This document shows positions 1 to 15,000 of a stretch of DNA of 64,000 nucleotides, in pieces; positions within the stretch are counted from its first letter, which is position 1; every line of letters starts with the position of its first letter. Both the position numbers and the translations under genes were made by a program. Origin of the DNA: Eledone cirrhosa (Eukaryota); assembly GCA_964016885.1 (NCBI GenBank), contig OZ024740.1, positions 416,950,001 through 417,014,000 of the forward strand, read 5' to 3'. The notes beneath the pieces were generated by a model. The model did no database searches and was not told the origin of the DNA. It saw only the letters and a list, made by a program, of their open reading frames with translations.

Positions 1-3000
1 GTGTTGGTAGAGTATAGTTTGTTGTGATGTGTTGGTGGTGTTGGTAGAATATAGTTTGTTGTGATGTGTTGGTGGTGTTTGCACAGTATAGTTTGTTGTG
101 ATGTGTTGGTGGTGTTCGTAGAGTATAGTTTGTTGTGATGTGTTGGTGGTGTTGACACAGTATAGTTTGTTGTGATGTGTTGGTGGTGTTGGTACAGTAT
201 AGTTTGTTGTGATGTGTTGGTGGTGTTGGGAGAGTATAGTTTGTTGTGATGTGTTGGTGGTGTTGGCACAGTATAGTTTGTTGTGATGTGTTGGTGGTGT
301 TGGTAGAGTATAGTTTGTTGTGATGTGTTGGTGGTGTTGACACAGTATAGTTTGTTGTGATGTGTTGGTGGTGTTGGTAGAGTATAGTTTGTTGTGATGT
401 GTTGGTAGTGTTGGTACAGTATAGTTTGTTGTGATGTGTTGGTGGTGTTGGTACAGTGTAGTTTGTGGTCATGTGTTGGTGGTGTTGGCACAGTATAGTT
501 TGTTGTCATGTGTTGGTCGTGTTGGTACATTATAGGTTGTTGTGATGTGTTGGTATTGTTGATACAGTATAGTTTGTTGTGATGTGTTGGTGGTGTTGGC
601 ACAGTATAGTTTGTTGTGATGTGGTGGTGGTGTTGGTAGTGTATAGTTTGTTGTGATGTGTTGGTGGTGTTGGTAGAGTATAGTTTGTTATGATGTGTTG
701 GTGGTGTTGGTAGAGAATAGTTTGTTGTGATGTGTTGGTGGTGTTGGTAGAGTATAGTTTGTTGTGATGTGTTGGTGGTGTTGGCACAGTATAGTTTGTT
801 GTGATGTGTTGGTGGTGTTGGTAGAGTATAGTTTGTTGTGATGTGTTGGTGGTGTTGGCACAGTATAGTTTGCTGTGATGTGTTGGTGGTGTTGGTAGAG
901 TATAGTTTGTTATGATGTGTTGGTGGTGTTGGTAGAGTATAGTTTGTTGTGATGTGTTGGTGGTGTTGGTAGAGTATAGTTTGTTGTGATGTGTTGGCAC
1001 AGTAGATTTTGTTGTGATGTGTTGGTGGTGTTGGTAGAGTATAGTTTGTTGTGATGTGTTGGTGGTGTTGGCACAGTATAGTTTGTTGTGATGTGTTGGT
1101 GGTGTTGGCACAGTATAGTTTGTTGTGATGTGTTGGTGGTGTTGGTACAGTATAGTTTGTTGTGATGTGTTGGTGGTGTTGGTAGATTATAGTTTGTTGT
1201 GATGTGTTGGTGGTGTTGGCACAGTATAGTTTGTTGTGATGTGTTGGTGGTGTTGGTAGAGTATAGTTTGTTGTGATGTGTTGGTGGTGTTGGTAGAGTA
1301 TAGTTTGTTGTGATGTGTTGGTGGTGTTGGTACAGTATAGTTTGTTGTGATGTGTTGATGGTGTTGGTAGAGTATAGTTTGTTGTGATGTGTTGGTGGTG
1401 TTGGTACAGTATAGTTTGTTGTGATGTGTTGCTGGTGTTGATACAGTATAGTTTGTTGTGATGTGTTGGTGGTGTTGGTACAGTATAATTTGTTGTGATG
1501 TGTTGGTGGTGTTGGCACGGCATAGTTTGTTGTGATGTGTTGGTGGTGTTGGTACAGTATAGTTTATTGTGATGTGTTGGTGGTGTTGGCACAGTATAGT
1601 TTGTTGTGATGTGTTGGTGGTGTTGGTAGAGTATAGTTTGTTGTGATGAGTTGGTGGTGTTGGTAGAGTATAGTTTGTTGTGATGTGTTGGTGGTGTTGG
1701 TAGAGGATAGTTTGTTGTGATGTGTTGGTGGTGTTGACACAGTATAGTTTGTTGTGATGTGTTGGTGGTGTTCGTACAGTATAGTTTGTTGTGATGTGTT
1801 GGTGGTGTTGGTACAGTATAGTTTGTTGTGATGTGTTGGTGGTGTTGGTACAGTATAGTTTGTTGTCATGTGTTGGTGGTGTTGGCACAGTATAGTTTGT
1901 TGTGATGTGTTGGTGATGTTGGTAGAGTATAGTTTGTTGTGATGTGTCGGTGGTGTTGGTACATTATAGTTTGTTGTGATGTGTTGGTGGTGTTGGTAGA
2001 GTATAGTTTGTTGTGATGTGTTGGTGGTGTTGGTACATTATAGTTTGTTGTGATGTGTTGCTGGTGTTGATACAGTATAGTTTGTTGTGATGTGTTGGTG
2101 GTGTTGGTAGAGTATAGTTTATTGTGATGTGTTGGTGGTGTTGGCACAGTATAGTTTGTTGTGATGTGTTGGTGGTGTTGGTAGAGTATAGTTTGTTGTG
2201 ATGTGTTGGTGGTGTTGGTAGAGTATAGTTTGTTGTGATGTGTTGGTGGTGTTGGTAGAATATAGTTTGTTGTGATGTGTTGGTGGTGTTTGCACAGTAT
2301 AGTTTGTTGTGATGTGTTGGTGGTGTTCGTAGAGTATAGTTTGTTGTGATGTGTTGGTGGTGTTGACACAGTATAGTTTGTTGTGATGTTTTGTTGGTGT
2401 TGGTACAGTATAGTTTGTTGTGATGTGTTGGTGGTGTTGGGAGAGTATAGTTTGTTGTGATGTGTTGGTGGTGTTGGCACAGTATAGTTTGTTGTGATGT
2501 GTTGGTGGTGTTGGTAGAGTATAGTTTGTTGTGATGTGTTGGTGGTGTTGACACAGTATAGTTTGTTGTGATGTGTTGGTGGTGTTGGTAGAGTATAGTT
2601 TGTTGTGATGTGTTGGTAGTTTTGGTACAGTATAGTTTGTTGTGATGTGTTGGTGGTGTTGGTACAGTGTAGTTTGTGGTCATGTGTTGGTGGTGTTGGC
2701 ACAGTATAGTTTGTTGTCATGTGTTGGTCGTGTTGGTACATTATAGGTTGTTGTGATGTGTTGGTATTGTTGATACAGTATAGTTTGTTGTGATGTGTTG
2801 GTGGTGTTGGCACAGTATAGTTTGTTGTGATGTGGTGGTGGTGTTGGTAGTGTATAATTTGTTGTGATGTGTTGGTGGTGTTGGTAGAGTATAGTTTGTT
2901 ATGATGTGTTGGTGGTGTTGGTAGAGAATAGTTTGTTGTGATGTGTTGGTGGTGTTGGTAGAGTATAGTTTGTTGTGATGTGTTGGTGGTGTTGGCACAG

Positions 3001-6000
3001 TATAGTTTGTTGTGATGTGTTGGTGGTGTTGGTAGAGTATAGTTTGTTGTGATGTGTTGGTGGTGTTGGCACAGTATAGTTTGCTGTGATGTGTTGGTGG
3101 TGTTGGTAGAGTATAGTTTGTTACGATGTGTTGGTGGTGTTGGTAGAGTATAGTTTGTTGTGATGTGTTGGTGGTGTTGGTAGAGTATAGTTTGTTGTGA
3201 TGTGTTGGCACAGTATAGTTTGTTGTGATGTGTTGGTGGTGTTGGTAGAGTATAGTTTGTTGTGATGTGTTGGTGGTGTTGGCACAGTATAGTTTGTTGT
3301 GATGTGTTGGTGGTGTTGGCACAGTATAGTTTGTTGTGATGTGTTGGTGGTGTTGGTACAGTATAGTTTGTTGTGATGTGTTGGTGGTGTTGGTAGAGTA
3401 TAGTTTGTTGTGATGTGTTGGTGGTGTTGGCACAGTATAGTTTGTTGTGATGTGTTGGTGGTGTTGGTAGAGTATAGTTTGTTGTGATGTGTTGGTGGTG
3501 TTGGCACAGTATAGTTTGTTGTGATGTGTTGGTGGTGTTGGCACAGTATAGTTTGTTGTGATGTGTTGGTGGTGTTGGCACAGTATAGTTTGTTGTGATG
3601 TGTTGGTGGTGTTGGTAGAGTATAGTTTGTTGTGATGTGTTGGTGGTGTTGGTAGAGTATAGTTTGTTGTGATGTGTTGGTGGTGTTGGTACAGTATAGT
3701 TTGTTGTGATGTGTTGGTGGTGTTGGTAGAGTATAGTTTGTTGTGATGTGTTGGTGGTGTTGGTAGAGTATAGTTTGTTGTGATGTGTTGATGGTGTTGG
3801 TAGAGTATAGTTTGGTGTGATGTGTTGATGGTGTTGGTACAGTATAGTTTGTTGTGATGTGTTGGTGGTGTTGGTACAGTATAGTTTGTTGTGATGTGTT
3901 GGTGCTGTTGGCACAGTATAGTTTGTTGTGATGTGTTGGGGATGTTGGTAGAGTATACTTTGTTGTGATGTGTTGGTGGTGTTGGTACAGTATAGTTTGT
4001 TGTGATGTGTTGGTGGTGTTGGCACAGTATAATTTGTTGTGATGTGTTGGTGATGTTGGTACAGTATAGTTTGTTGGTGGTGTTAGTAGAGTATAGTTTA
4101 TTGTGATGTGTTGGTGGTGTTGGCACAGTATAGTTTGTTGTGATGTGTTGGTGGTGTTGGTAGAGTATAGTTTGTTGTGATGTGTTGGTGGTGTTGGTAG
4201 AGTATAGTTTGTTGTGATGTGTTGGTGGTGTTGGTAGAATATAGTTTGTTGTGATGTGTTGGTGGTGTTTGCACAGTATAGTTTGTTGTGATGTGTTGGT
4301 GGTGTTCGTAGAGTATTCTTTGTTGTGATGTGTTGGTGGTGTTGACACAGTATAGTTTGTTGTGATGTGTTGGTGGTGTTGGTACAGTATAGTTTGTTGT
4401 GATGTGTTGGTGGTGTTGGGAGAGTATACTTTGTTGTGATGTGTTGGTGGTGTTGGCACAGTATAGTTTGTTGTGATGTGTTGGTGGTGTTGGTAGAGTA
4501 TAGTTTGTTGTGATGTGTTGGTGGTGTTGACACAGTATAGTTTGTTGTGATGTGTTGGTGGTGTTGGTAGAGTATAGTTTGTTGTGATGTGTTGGTGGTG
4601 TTGGTACAGTATAGTTTGTTGTGATGTGTTGGTGGTGTTGGTACAGTATAATTTATTGTGATGTGTTGGTGCTGTTGGTGCAGTATAGTTTGTTGTGATG
4701 TGTTGGTGATGTTGGTACAGTAAAGTTTGTTGTGATGTGTTGGTGGTGTTGGTACAGTATAATTTGTTGTGATGTGTTGGTGGTGTTGGCACGGCATAGT
4801 TTGTTGTGATGTGTTGGTGGTGTTGGTACAGTATATTTTATTGTGATGTGTTGGTGGTGTTGGCACAGTATAGTTTGTTGTGATGTGTTGGTGGTGTTGG
4901 TAGAGTATAGTTTGTTGTGATGAGTTGGTGGTGTTGGTAGAGTATAGTTTGTTGTGATGTGTTGGTGGTGTTGATAGAGGATAGTTTGTTGTGATGTGTT
5001 GGTGGTGTTGACACAGTATAGTTTGTTGTGATGTGTTGGTGGTGTTCGTACAGTATAGTTTGTTGTGATGTGTTGGTGGTGTTGGTACAGTATAGTTTGT
5101 TGTGATGTGTTGGTGGTGTTGGTACAGTATAGTTTGTTGTGATGTGTTGGTGGTGTTGGCACAGTATAGTTTGTTGTGATGTGTTGGTGATGTTGGTAGA
5201 GTATAGTTTGTTGTGATGTGTCGGTGGTGTTGGTACATTATAGTTTGTTGTGATGTGTTGGTGGTGTTGGTAGAGTATAGTTTGTTGTGATGTGTTGGTG
5301 GTGTTGGTACATTATAGTTTGTTGTGATGTGTTGCTGGTGTTGATACAGTATAGTTTGTTGTGATGTGTTGGTGGTGTTGGTAGAGTATAGTTTGTTGTG
5401 ATGTGTTGGTGGTGTTGGTACAGTATAGTTTGTTGTGATGTGTTGGTGGTGTTGGCACAGTATAATTTGTTGTGATGTGTTGGTGATGTTGGTACAGTAT
5501 AGTTTGTTGGTGGTGTTGGTAGAGTATAGTTTATTGTGATGTGTTGGTGGTGTTGGCACAGTATAGTTTGTTGTGATGTGTTGGTGGTGTTGGTAGAGTA
5601 TAGTTTGTTGTGATGTGTTGGTGGTGTTGGTAGAGTATAGTTTGTTGTGATGTGTTGGTGGTGTTGGTAGAGTATAGTTTGTTGTGATGTGTTGGTGGTT
5701 TTGGCACAGTATAGTTTGTTGTGATGTGTTGGTGGTGTTGGTAGAGTATAGTTTGTTGTGATGTGTTGGTGGTGTTGGTACAGTATAGTTTGTTGTGATG
5801 TGTTGGTGGTGTTGGTACAGTATAATTTGTTGTGATGTGTTGGTGCTGTTGGTACAGTATAGTTTGTTGTGATGTGTTGGTGATGTTGGTACAGTATAGT
5901 TTGTTGTGATGTGTTGGTGGTGTTGGTACAGTATAATTTGTTGTGATGTGTTGGTGGTGTTGGTACAGTATAGTTTATTGTGATGTGTTGGTGGTGTTGG

Positions 6001-9000
6001 CACAGTATAGTTTGTTGTGATGTGTTGGTAGTGTTGGTAGAGTATAGTTTGTTGTGATGTGTTGGTGGTGTTGGTAGAGTATAGTTTGTTGTGATGTGTT
6101 GGTGGTGTTGGTAGAGTATAGTTTGTTGTGATGTGTTGGTGGTGTTGGCACAGTATAGTTTGTTGTGATGTGTTGGTGGTGTTGGTACAGTATAATTTGT
6201 TGTGATGTGTTGGTGCTGTTGGTACAGTATAGTTTGTTGTGATGTGTTGGTGATGTTGGTACAGTATAGTTTGTTGTGATGTGTTGGTGGTGTTGGTACA
6301 GTATAATTTGTTGTGATGTGTTGGTGGTGTTGGTACAGTATAGTTTATTGTGATGTGTTGGTGGTGTTGGCACAGTATAGTTTGTTGTGATGTGTTGGTA
6401 GTGTTGGTAGAGTATAGTTTGTTGTGATGTGTTGGTGGTGTTGGTAGAGTATAGTTTGTTGTGATGTGTTGGTGGTGTTGGTAGAGTATAGTTTGTTGTG
6501 ATGTGTTGGTGGTGTTGGTAGAGTATAGTTTGTTGTGATGTGTTGGTGGTGTTGACACAGTATAGTTTGTTGTGATGTGTTGGTGGTGTTGGTAGAGTAT
6601 AGTTTGTTGTGATGTGTTGGTAGTGTTGGTACAGTATAGTTTGTTGTGATGTGTTGGTGGTGTTGGTACAGTGTAGTTTGTGGTGATGTGTTGGTGGTGT
6701 TGGCACAGTATAGTTTGTTGTCATGTGTTGGTGGTGTTGGTAGAGTATAGTTTGTTGTGATGTCTTGGTGGTGTTGGTACATTATAGTTTGTTGTGATGT
6801 GTTGGTAGTGTTGATACAGTATAGTTTGTTGTGATGTGTTGGTGGTGTTGGCACAGTATAGTTTGTTGTGATGTGGTGGTGGTGTTGGTAGTGTATAGTT
6901 TGTTGTGATGTGTTGGTGGTGTTGGTAGAGTATAGTTTGTTATGATGTGTTGGTGGTGTTGGTAGAGTATAGTTTGTTGTGATGTGTTGGTGGTGTTGGT
7001 ACAGTATAGTTTGTTGTGATGTGTTGGTGGTGTTGGTACAGTATAGTTTGTTGTGATGTGTTGATGGTGTTGGTAGAGTATAGTTTGTTGTGATGTGTTG
7101 GTGGTGTTGGTACAGTATAGTTTGTTGTGATGTGTTGGTGGTGTTGGTAGAGTTTAGTTTGTTGTGATGTGTTGATGGTGTTGGTAGAGTATAGTTTGGT
7201 GTGATGTGTTGATGGTGTTGGTACAGTATAGTTTGTTGTGATGTGTTGGTGCTGTTGGCACAGTATAGTTTGTTGTGATGTGTTGGTGATGTTGGTAGAG
7301 TATAGTTTGTTGTGATGTGTTGGTGGTGTTGGTACATTATAGTTTGTTGTGATGTGTTGGTGGTGTTGATACAGTATAGTTTGTTGTGATGTGTTGGTGA
7401 TGTTGTTAGAGTATAGTTTGTTGTGATGTGTTGGTGGTGTTGGTAGAGTATAGTTTGTTGTTATGTGTTGGTGGTGTTGGTACAGTATAATTTGTTGTGA
7501 TGTGTTGGTGCTGTTGGCACGGCATAGTTTGTTGTGATGTGTTGGTCGTGTTGGTACAGTATAGTTTATTGTGATGTGTTGGTGGTGTTGGCACAGTATA
7601 GATTGTTGTGATGTGTTGGTGGTGTTGGTACAGTATAGTTTGTTGTGATGAGTTGGTGGTGTTGGTAGAGTATAGTTTGTTGTGATGTGTTGGTGGTGTT
7701 GGTAGAGTATAGTTTGTTGTGATGTGTTGGTGGTGTTGACACAGTATAGTTTGTTGTGATGTGTTGGTGGTGTTGGTACAGTATAGTTTGTTGTGATGTG
7801 TTGGTGGTGTTGGTTCAGTATAGTTTGTTGTTATGTGTTGGTGGTGTTGGTACAGTATAGTTTGTTGTGATGTGTAGGTGGTGTTGGCACAGTATAGTTT
7901 GTTGTGATGTGTTGGTGATGTTGGTAGAGTATAGTTTGTTGTGATGTGTCGGTGGTGTTGGTACATTATAGTTTGTTGTGATGTGTTGGTGGTGTTGGTA
8001 GAGTATAATTTGTTGTGATGTGTTGGTGGTGTTGGTACATTATAGTTTGTTGTGATGTGTTGCTGGTGTTGGCACAGTATAGTTTGTTGTGATGTGTTGG
8101 TGATGTTGGTAGACTATAGTTTGTTGTGATGTGTCGGTGGTGTTGGTACATTATAGTTTGTTGTGATGTGTTGGTGGTGTTGGTACAGTATAGTTTGTTG
8201 TGATGTGTTGGTGGTGTTGGCACAGTATAGTTTGTTGTGATGTGTTGGTGATGTTGGTAGAGTATAGTTTGTTGTGATGTGTCGGTGGTGTTGGTACATT
8301 ATAGTTTGTTGTGATGTTTTGGTGGTGTTGGTAGAGTATAGTTTGTTGTGATGTGTTGGTGGTGTTGGTACATTATAGTTTGTTGTGATGTGTTGAAGGT
8401 GTTGGTAGAGTATAGTTTGTTGTGATGTGTTGGTGGTGTTGGTACAGTATAGTTTGTTGTGATGTGTTTGTGGTGTTGGCACAGTATAGTTTGTTGTGAT
8501 GTGTTGGTGGTGTTGGTACAGTATAGTTTGTTGTGATGTGTTGGTGGTGTTGGTACAGTATAGTTTGTTGTGATGTGTTGGTGGTGTTGGTACAGTATAA
8601 TTTGTTGTGATGTGTTGGTGCTGTTGGTATAGTATAGTTTGTTGTGATGTGTTGGTGATGTTGGTACAGTATAGTTTGTTGTGATGTGTTGGTGGTGTTG
8701 GTACAGTATAATTTGTTGTGATGTGTTGGTGGTGTTGGCACGGCATAGTTTGTTGTGATGTGTTGGTCGTGTTGGTAGAGTATAGTTTATTGTGATGTGT
8801 TGGTGGTGTTGGCACAGTATAGTTTGTTGTGATGTGTTGGTGGTGTTGGTAGAGTATAGTTTGTTGTGATGAGTTGGTGGTGTTGGTAGAGTATAGTTTG
8901 TTGTGATGTGTTGGTGGTGTTGGTACAGTATAGTTTGTTGTGATGTGTTGGTGGTGTTGGTTCAGTATAGTTTGTTGTTATGTGTTGGTGGTGTTGGTAC

Positions 9001-12000
9001 AGTATAGTTTGTTGTGATGTGTTGGTGGTGTTGGCACAGTATAGTTTGTTGTGATGTGTTGGTGATGTTGGTAGAGTATAGTTTGTTGTGATGTGTCGGT
9101 GGTGTTGGTACATTATAGTTTGTTGTGATGTGTTGGTGGTGTTGGTAGAGTATAGTTTGTTGTGATGTGTTGGTGGTGTTGGTACATTATAGTTTGTTGT
9201 GATGTGTTGCTGGTGTTGGCACAGTATAGTTTGTTGTGATGTGTTGGTGATGTTGGTAGACTATAGTTTGTTGTGATGTGTCGGTGGTGTTGGTACATTA
9301 TAGTTTGTTGTGATGTGTTGGTGGTGTTGGTACAGTATAGTTTGTTGTGATGTGTTGGTGGTGTTGGCACAGTATAGTTTGTTGTGATGTGTTGGTGATG
9401 TTGGTAGAGTATAGTTTGTTGTGATGTGTCGGTGGTGTTGGTACATTATAGTTTGTTGTGATGTGTTGGTGGTGTTGGTAGAGTATAGTTTGTTGTGATG
9501 TGTTGGTGGTGTTGGTACATTATAGTTTGTTGTGATGTGTTGATGGTGTTGGTAGAGTATAGTTTGTTGTGATGTGTTGGTGGTGTTGGTACAGTATAGT
9601 TTGTTGTGATGTGTTTGTGGTGTTGGCACAGTATAGTTTGTTGTGATGTGTTGGTGGTGTTGGTACAGTATAGTTTGTTGTGATGTGTTGGTGGTGTTGG
9701 TACAGTATAATTTGTTGTGATGTGTTGGTGGTGTTGGTACAGTATAATTTGTTGTGATGTGTTGGTGCTGTTGGTACAGTATAGTTTGTTGTGATGTGTT
9801 GGTGATGTTGGTACAGTATAGTTTGTTGTGATGTGTTGGTGGTGTTGGTACAGTATAATTTGTTGTGATGTGTTGGTGGTGTTGGCACGGCATAGTTTGT
9901 TGTGATGTGTTGGTCGTGTTGGTAGAGTATAGTTTATTGTGATGTGTTGGTGGTGTTGGCACAGTATAGTTTGTTGTGATGTGTTGGTGGTGTTGGTAGA
10001 GTATAGTTTGTTGTGATGAGTTGGTGGTGTTGGTAGAGTATAGTTTGTTGTGATGTGTTGGTGGTGTTGACACAGTATAGTTTGTTGTGATGTGTTGGTG
10101 ATGTTGGTAGAGTATAGTTTGTTGTGATGTGTTGGTGGTGTTGGTACAGTATAGTTTGTTGTGATGTGTTGGTGGTGTTGGTACAGTATAGTTTGTTGTG
10201 ATGTGTTGGTGGTGTTGGTACAGTATAGTTTGTTGTGATGTGTTGGTGGTGTTGGCACAGTATAGTTTGTTGTGATGTGCTGGTGATGTTGGTACAGTAT
10301 AGTTTGTTGTGATGTGTTGGTGGTGTTGGTACAGTATAGTTTGTTGTGATGTGTTGGTGGTGTTGGCACAGTATAGTTTGTTGTGATGTGCTGGTGATGT
10401 TGGTAGAGTATAGTTTGTTGTGATGTGTCAGTGGTGTTGGTACATTATAGTTTGTTGTGATGTGTTGGTGGTGTTGGTAGAGTATAGTTTGTTGTGATGT
10501 GTTGGTGGTGTTGGTACATTATAGTTTGTTGTGATGTGTTGCTGGTGTTGGCACAGTATAGTTTGTTGTGATGTGTTGCTGATGTTGGTAGAGTATAGTT
10601 TGTTGTGATGTGTCAGTGGTGTTGGTACATTATAGTTTGTTGTGATGTGTTGGTGGTGTTGGTAGAGTATAGTTTGTTGTGATGTGTTGGTGGTGTTGGT
10701 ACAGTATAGTTTGTTGTGATGTGTTGGTGGTGTTGGCACAATATAGTTTGTTGTGATGTGTTGGTGGTGTTGGTACAGTATAGTTTGTTGTGATGTGTTG
10801 GTAGTGTTTGTACAGTATAGTTTGTTGTGATGTGTTGGTGGTGTTGGTACAGTATAATTTGTTGTGATGTGTTGGTGATGTTGGTACAGTATAGTTTGTT
10901 GGTGGTGTTGGTAGAGTATAGTTTATTGTGATGTGTTGGTGGTGTTGGCACAGTATAGTTTGTTGTGATGTGTTGGTGGTGTTGGTAGAGTATAGTTTGT
11001 TGTGATGTGTTGGTGGTGTTGGTAGAGTATAGTTTGTTGTGATGTGTTGGTGGTGTTGGTAGAGTATAGTTTGTTGTGATGTGTTGGTGGTGTTGGCACA
11101 GTATAGTTTGTTGTGATGTGTTGGTGGTGTTGGTAGAGTATAGTTTGTTGTGATGTGTTGGTGGTGTTGACACAGTATAGTTTGTTGTGATGTGTTGGTG
11201 GTGTTGGTAGAGTATAGTTTGTTGTGATGTGTTGGTAGTGTTGGTACAGTATAGTTTGTTGTGATGTGTTGGTGGTGTTGGTACAGTGTAGTTTGTGGTG
11301 ATGTGTTGGTGGTGTTGGCACAGTATAGCTTGTTGTCATGTGTTGGTGGTGTTGGTAGAGTATAGTTCGTTGTGATGTCTTGGTGGTGTTGGTACTTTAT
11401 AGTTTGTTGTGATGTGTTGGTAGTGTTGATACAGTATAGTTTGTTGTGATGTGTTGGTGGTGTTGGCACAGTATAGTTTGTTGTGATGTGGTGGTGGTGT
11501 TGGTAGAGTATAGTTTGTTGTGATGTGTTGGTGGTGTTGGTAGAGTATAGTCTGTTATGATGTGTTGGTGGTGTTGGTAGAGTATAGTTTGTTGTGATGT
11601 GTTGGTGGTGTTGGTACAGTATAGTTTGTTGTGATGTGTTGGTGGTGTTGGTAGAGTTTAGTTTGTTGTGATGTGTTGATGGTGTTGGTAGAGTATAGTT
11701 TGGTGTGATGTGTTGATGGTGTTGGTACAGTATAGTTTGTTGTGATGTGTTGGTGCTGTTGGCACAGTATAGTTTGTTGTGATGTGTTGGTGATGTTGGT
11801 AGAGTATAGTTTGTTGTGATGTGTTGGTGGTGTTGGTACATTATAGTTTGTTGTGATGTGTTGGTGGTGTTGATACAGTATAGTTTGTTGTGATGTGTTG
11901 GTGATGTTGGTAGAGTATAGTATGTTGTGATGTGTTGGTGGTGTTGGTAGAGTATAGTTTGTTGTTATGTGTTGGTGGTGTTGGCACAGTATAGTTTGTT

Positions 12001-15000
12001 GTGATGTGTTGGTCGTGTTGGTACAGTATAGTTTATTGTGATGTGTTGGTGGTGTTGGCACAGTATAGTTTGTTGTGATGTGTTGGTGGTGTTGGTACAG
12101 TATAGTTTGTTGTGATGAGTTGGTGGTGTTGGTAGAGTATAGTTTGTTGTGATGTGTTGGTGGTGTTGACACAGTATAGTTTGTTGTGATGTGTTGGTGG
12201 TGTTGGTAGAGTATAGTTTGTTGTGATGTGTTGGTGGTGTTGGTACAGTATAGTTTGTTGTGATGTGTTGGTGGTGTTGGTTCAGTATAGTTTGTTGTTA
12301 TGTGTTGGTGGTGTTGGTACAGTATAGTTTGTTGTGATGTGTTGGTGGTGTTGGCACAGTATAGTTTGTTGTGATGTGTTGGTGATGTTGGTAGAGTATA
12401 GTTTGTTGTGATGTGTCGGTGGTGTTGGTACATTATAGTTTGTTGTGATGTGTTGGTGGTGTTGGTAGAGTATAGTTTGTTGTGATGTGTTGGTGGTGTT
12501 GGTACATTATAGTTTGTTGTGATGTGTTGCTGGTGTTGGCACAGTATAGTTTGTTGTGATGTGTTGGTGATGTTGGTAGACTATAGTTTGTTGTGATGTG
12601 TCGGTGGTGTTGGTACAGTATAGTTTGTTGTGATGTGTTGGTGGTGTTGGTTCAGTATAGTTTGTTGTTATGTGTTGGTGGTGTTGGTACAGTATAGTTT
12701 GTTGTGATGTGTTGGTGGTGTTGGCACAGTATAGTTTGTTGTGATGTGTTGGTGATGTTGGTAGAGTATAGTTTGTTGTGATGTGTCGGTGGTGTTGGTA
12801 CATTATAGTTTGTTGTGATGTGTTGGTGGTGTTGGTAGAGTATAGTTTGTTGTGATGTGTTGGTGGTGTTGGTACATTATAGTTTGTTGTGATGTGTTGC
12901 TGGTGTTGGCACAGTATAGTTTGTTGTGATGTGTTGGTGATGTTGGTAGACTATAGTTTGTTGTGATGTGTCGGTGGTGTTGGTACATTATAGTTTGTTG
13001 TGATGTGTTGGTGGTGTTGGTACAGTATAGTTTGTTGTGATGTGTTGGTGGTGTTGGCACAGTATAGGTTGTTGTGATGTGTTGGTGATGTTGGTAGAGT
13101 ATAGTTTGTTGTGATGTGTCGGTGGTGTTGGTACATTATAGTTTGTTGTGATGTGTTGGTGGTGTTGGTAGAGTATAGTTGGTTGTGATGTGTTGGTGGT
13201 GTTGGTACATTATAGTTTGTTGTGATGTGTTGATGGTGTTGGTTCAGTATAGTTTGTTGTGATGTGTTGGTGGTGTTGGTACAGTATAGTTTGTTGTGAT
13301 GTGTTTGTGGTGTTGGCACAGTATAGTTTGTTGTGATGTGTTGGTGGTGTTGGTACAGTATAGTTTGTTGTGATGTGTTGGTGGTGTTGGTACAGTATAG
13401 TTTGTTGTGATGTGTTGGTGGTGTTGGTACAGTATAATTTGTTGTGATGTGTTGGTGATGTTGGTACAGTATAGTTTGTTGGTGGTGTTGGTAGAGTATA
13501 GTTTATTGTGATGTGTTGGTGGTGTTGGCACAGTATAGGTTGTTGTGATGTGTTGGTGATGTTGGTAGAGTATAGTTTGTTGTGATGTGTTTGTGGTGTT
13601 GGCACAGTATAGTTTGTTGTGATGTGTTGGTGTTGTTGGTACAGTATAGTTTGTTGTGATGTGTTTGTGGTGTTGGCACAGTATAGTTTGTTGTGATGTG
13701 TTGGTGGTGTTGGCACAGTATAGTTTGTTGTGATGTGTTGGTGGTGTTGGTAGAGTATAGTTTGTTGTGATGTGTTGGTGGTGTTGGTAGAGTATAGTTT
13801 GTTGTGATGTGTTGGTGGTGTTGGTAGAATATAGTTTGTTGTGATGTGTTGGTGGTGTTTGCACAGTATAGTTTGTTGTGATGTGTTGGTGGTGTTCGTA
13901 GAGTATAGTTTGTTGTGATGTGTTGGTGGTGTTGACACAGTATAGTTTGTTGTGATGTGTTGGTGGTGTTGGCACAGTATAGTTTGTTGTGATGTGTTGG
14001 TGCTGTTGGTACAGTATATTCTGTTGTGATGTGTTGGTGGTTTTGGTACATTCTAGTTTGTTGTGATATGTTGGTGGTGTTGATACAGTATAGTTTGTTG
14101 TGATGTGTTGGTGGTGTTGGTAGAGTATAGTTTGTTGTGATGTGTTGGTGGTGTTGGTAGAGTATAGTTTGTTGTGATGTGTTGGTGGTGTTGGTACATT
14201 ATAGTTTGTTGTGATGTGTTGCTGGTGTTGGCACAGTATAGTTTGTTGTGATGTGTTGGTGATGTTGGTAGACTATAGTTTGTTGTGATGTGTCGGTGGT
14301 GTTGGTACAGTATAGTTTGTTGTGATGTGTTGGTGGTGTTGGTTCAGTATAGTTTGTTGTTATGTGTTGGTGGTGTTGGTACAGTATAGTTTGTTGTGAT
14401 GTGTTGGTGGTGTTGGCACAGTATAGTTTGTTGTGATGTGTTGGTGATGTTGGTAGAGTATAGTTTGTTGTGATGTCTCGGTGGTGTTGGTACATTATAG
14501 TTTGTTGTGATGTGTTGGTGGTGTTGGTAGAGTATAGTTTGTTGTGATGTGTTGGTGGTGTTGGTACATTATAGTTTGTTGTGATGTGTTGCTGGTGTTG
14601 GCACAGTATAGTTTGTTGTGATGTGTTGGTGATGTTGGTAGACTATAGTTTGTTGTGATGTGTCGGTGGTGTTGGTACATTATAGTTTGTTGTGATGTGT
14701 TGGTGGTGTTGGTACAGTATAGTTTGTTGTGATGTGTTGGTGGTGTTGGCACAGTATAGGTTGTTGTGATGTGTTGGTGATGTTGGTAGAGTATAGTTTG
14801 TTGTGATGTGTCGGTGGTGTTGGTACATTATAGTTTGTTGTGATGTGTTGGTGGTGTTGGTAGAGTATAGTTGGTTGTGATGTGTTGGTGGTGTTGGTAC
14901 ATTATAGTTTGTTGTGATGTGTTGATGGTGTTGGTTCAGTATAGTTTGTTGTGATGTGTTGGTGGTGTTGGTACAGTATAGTTTGTTGTGATGTGTTTGT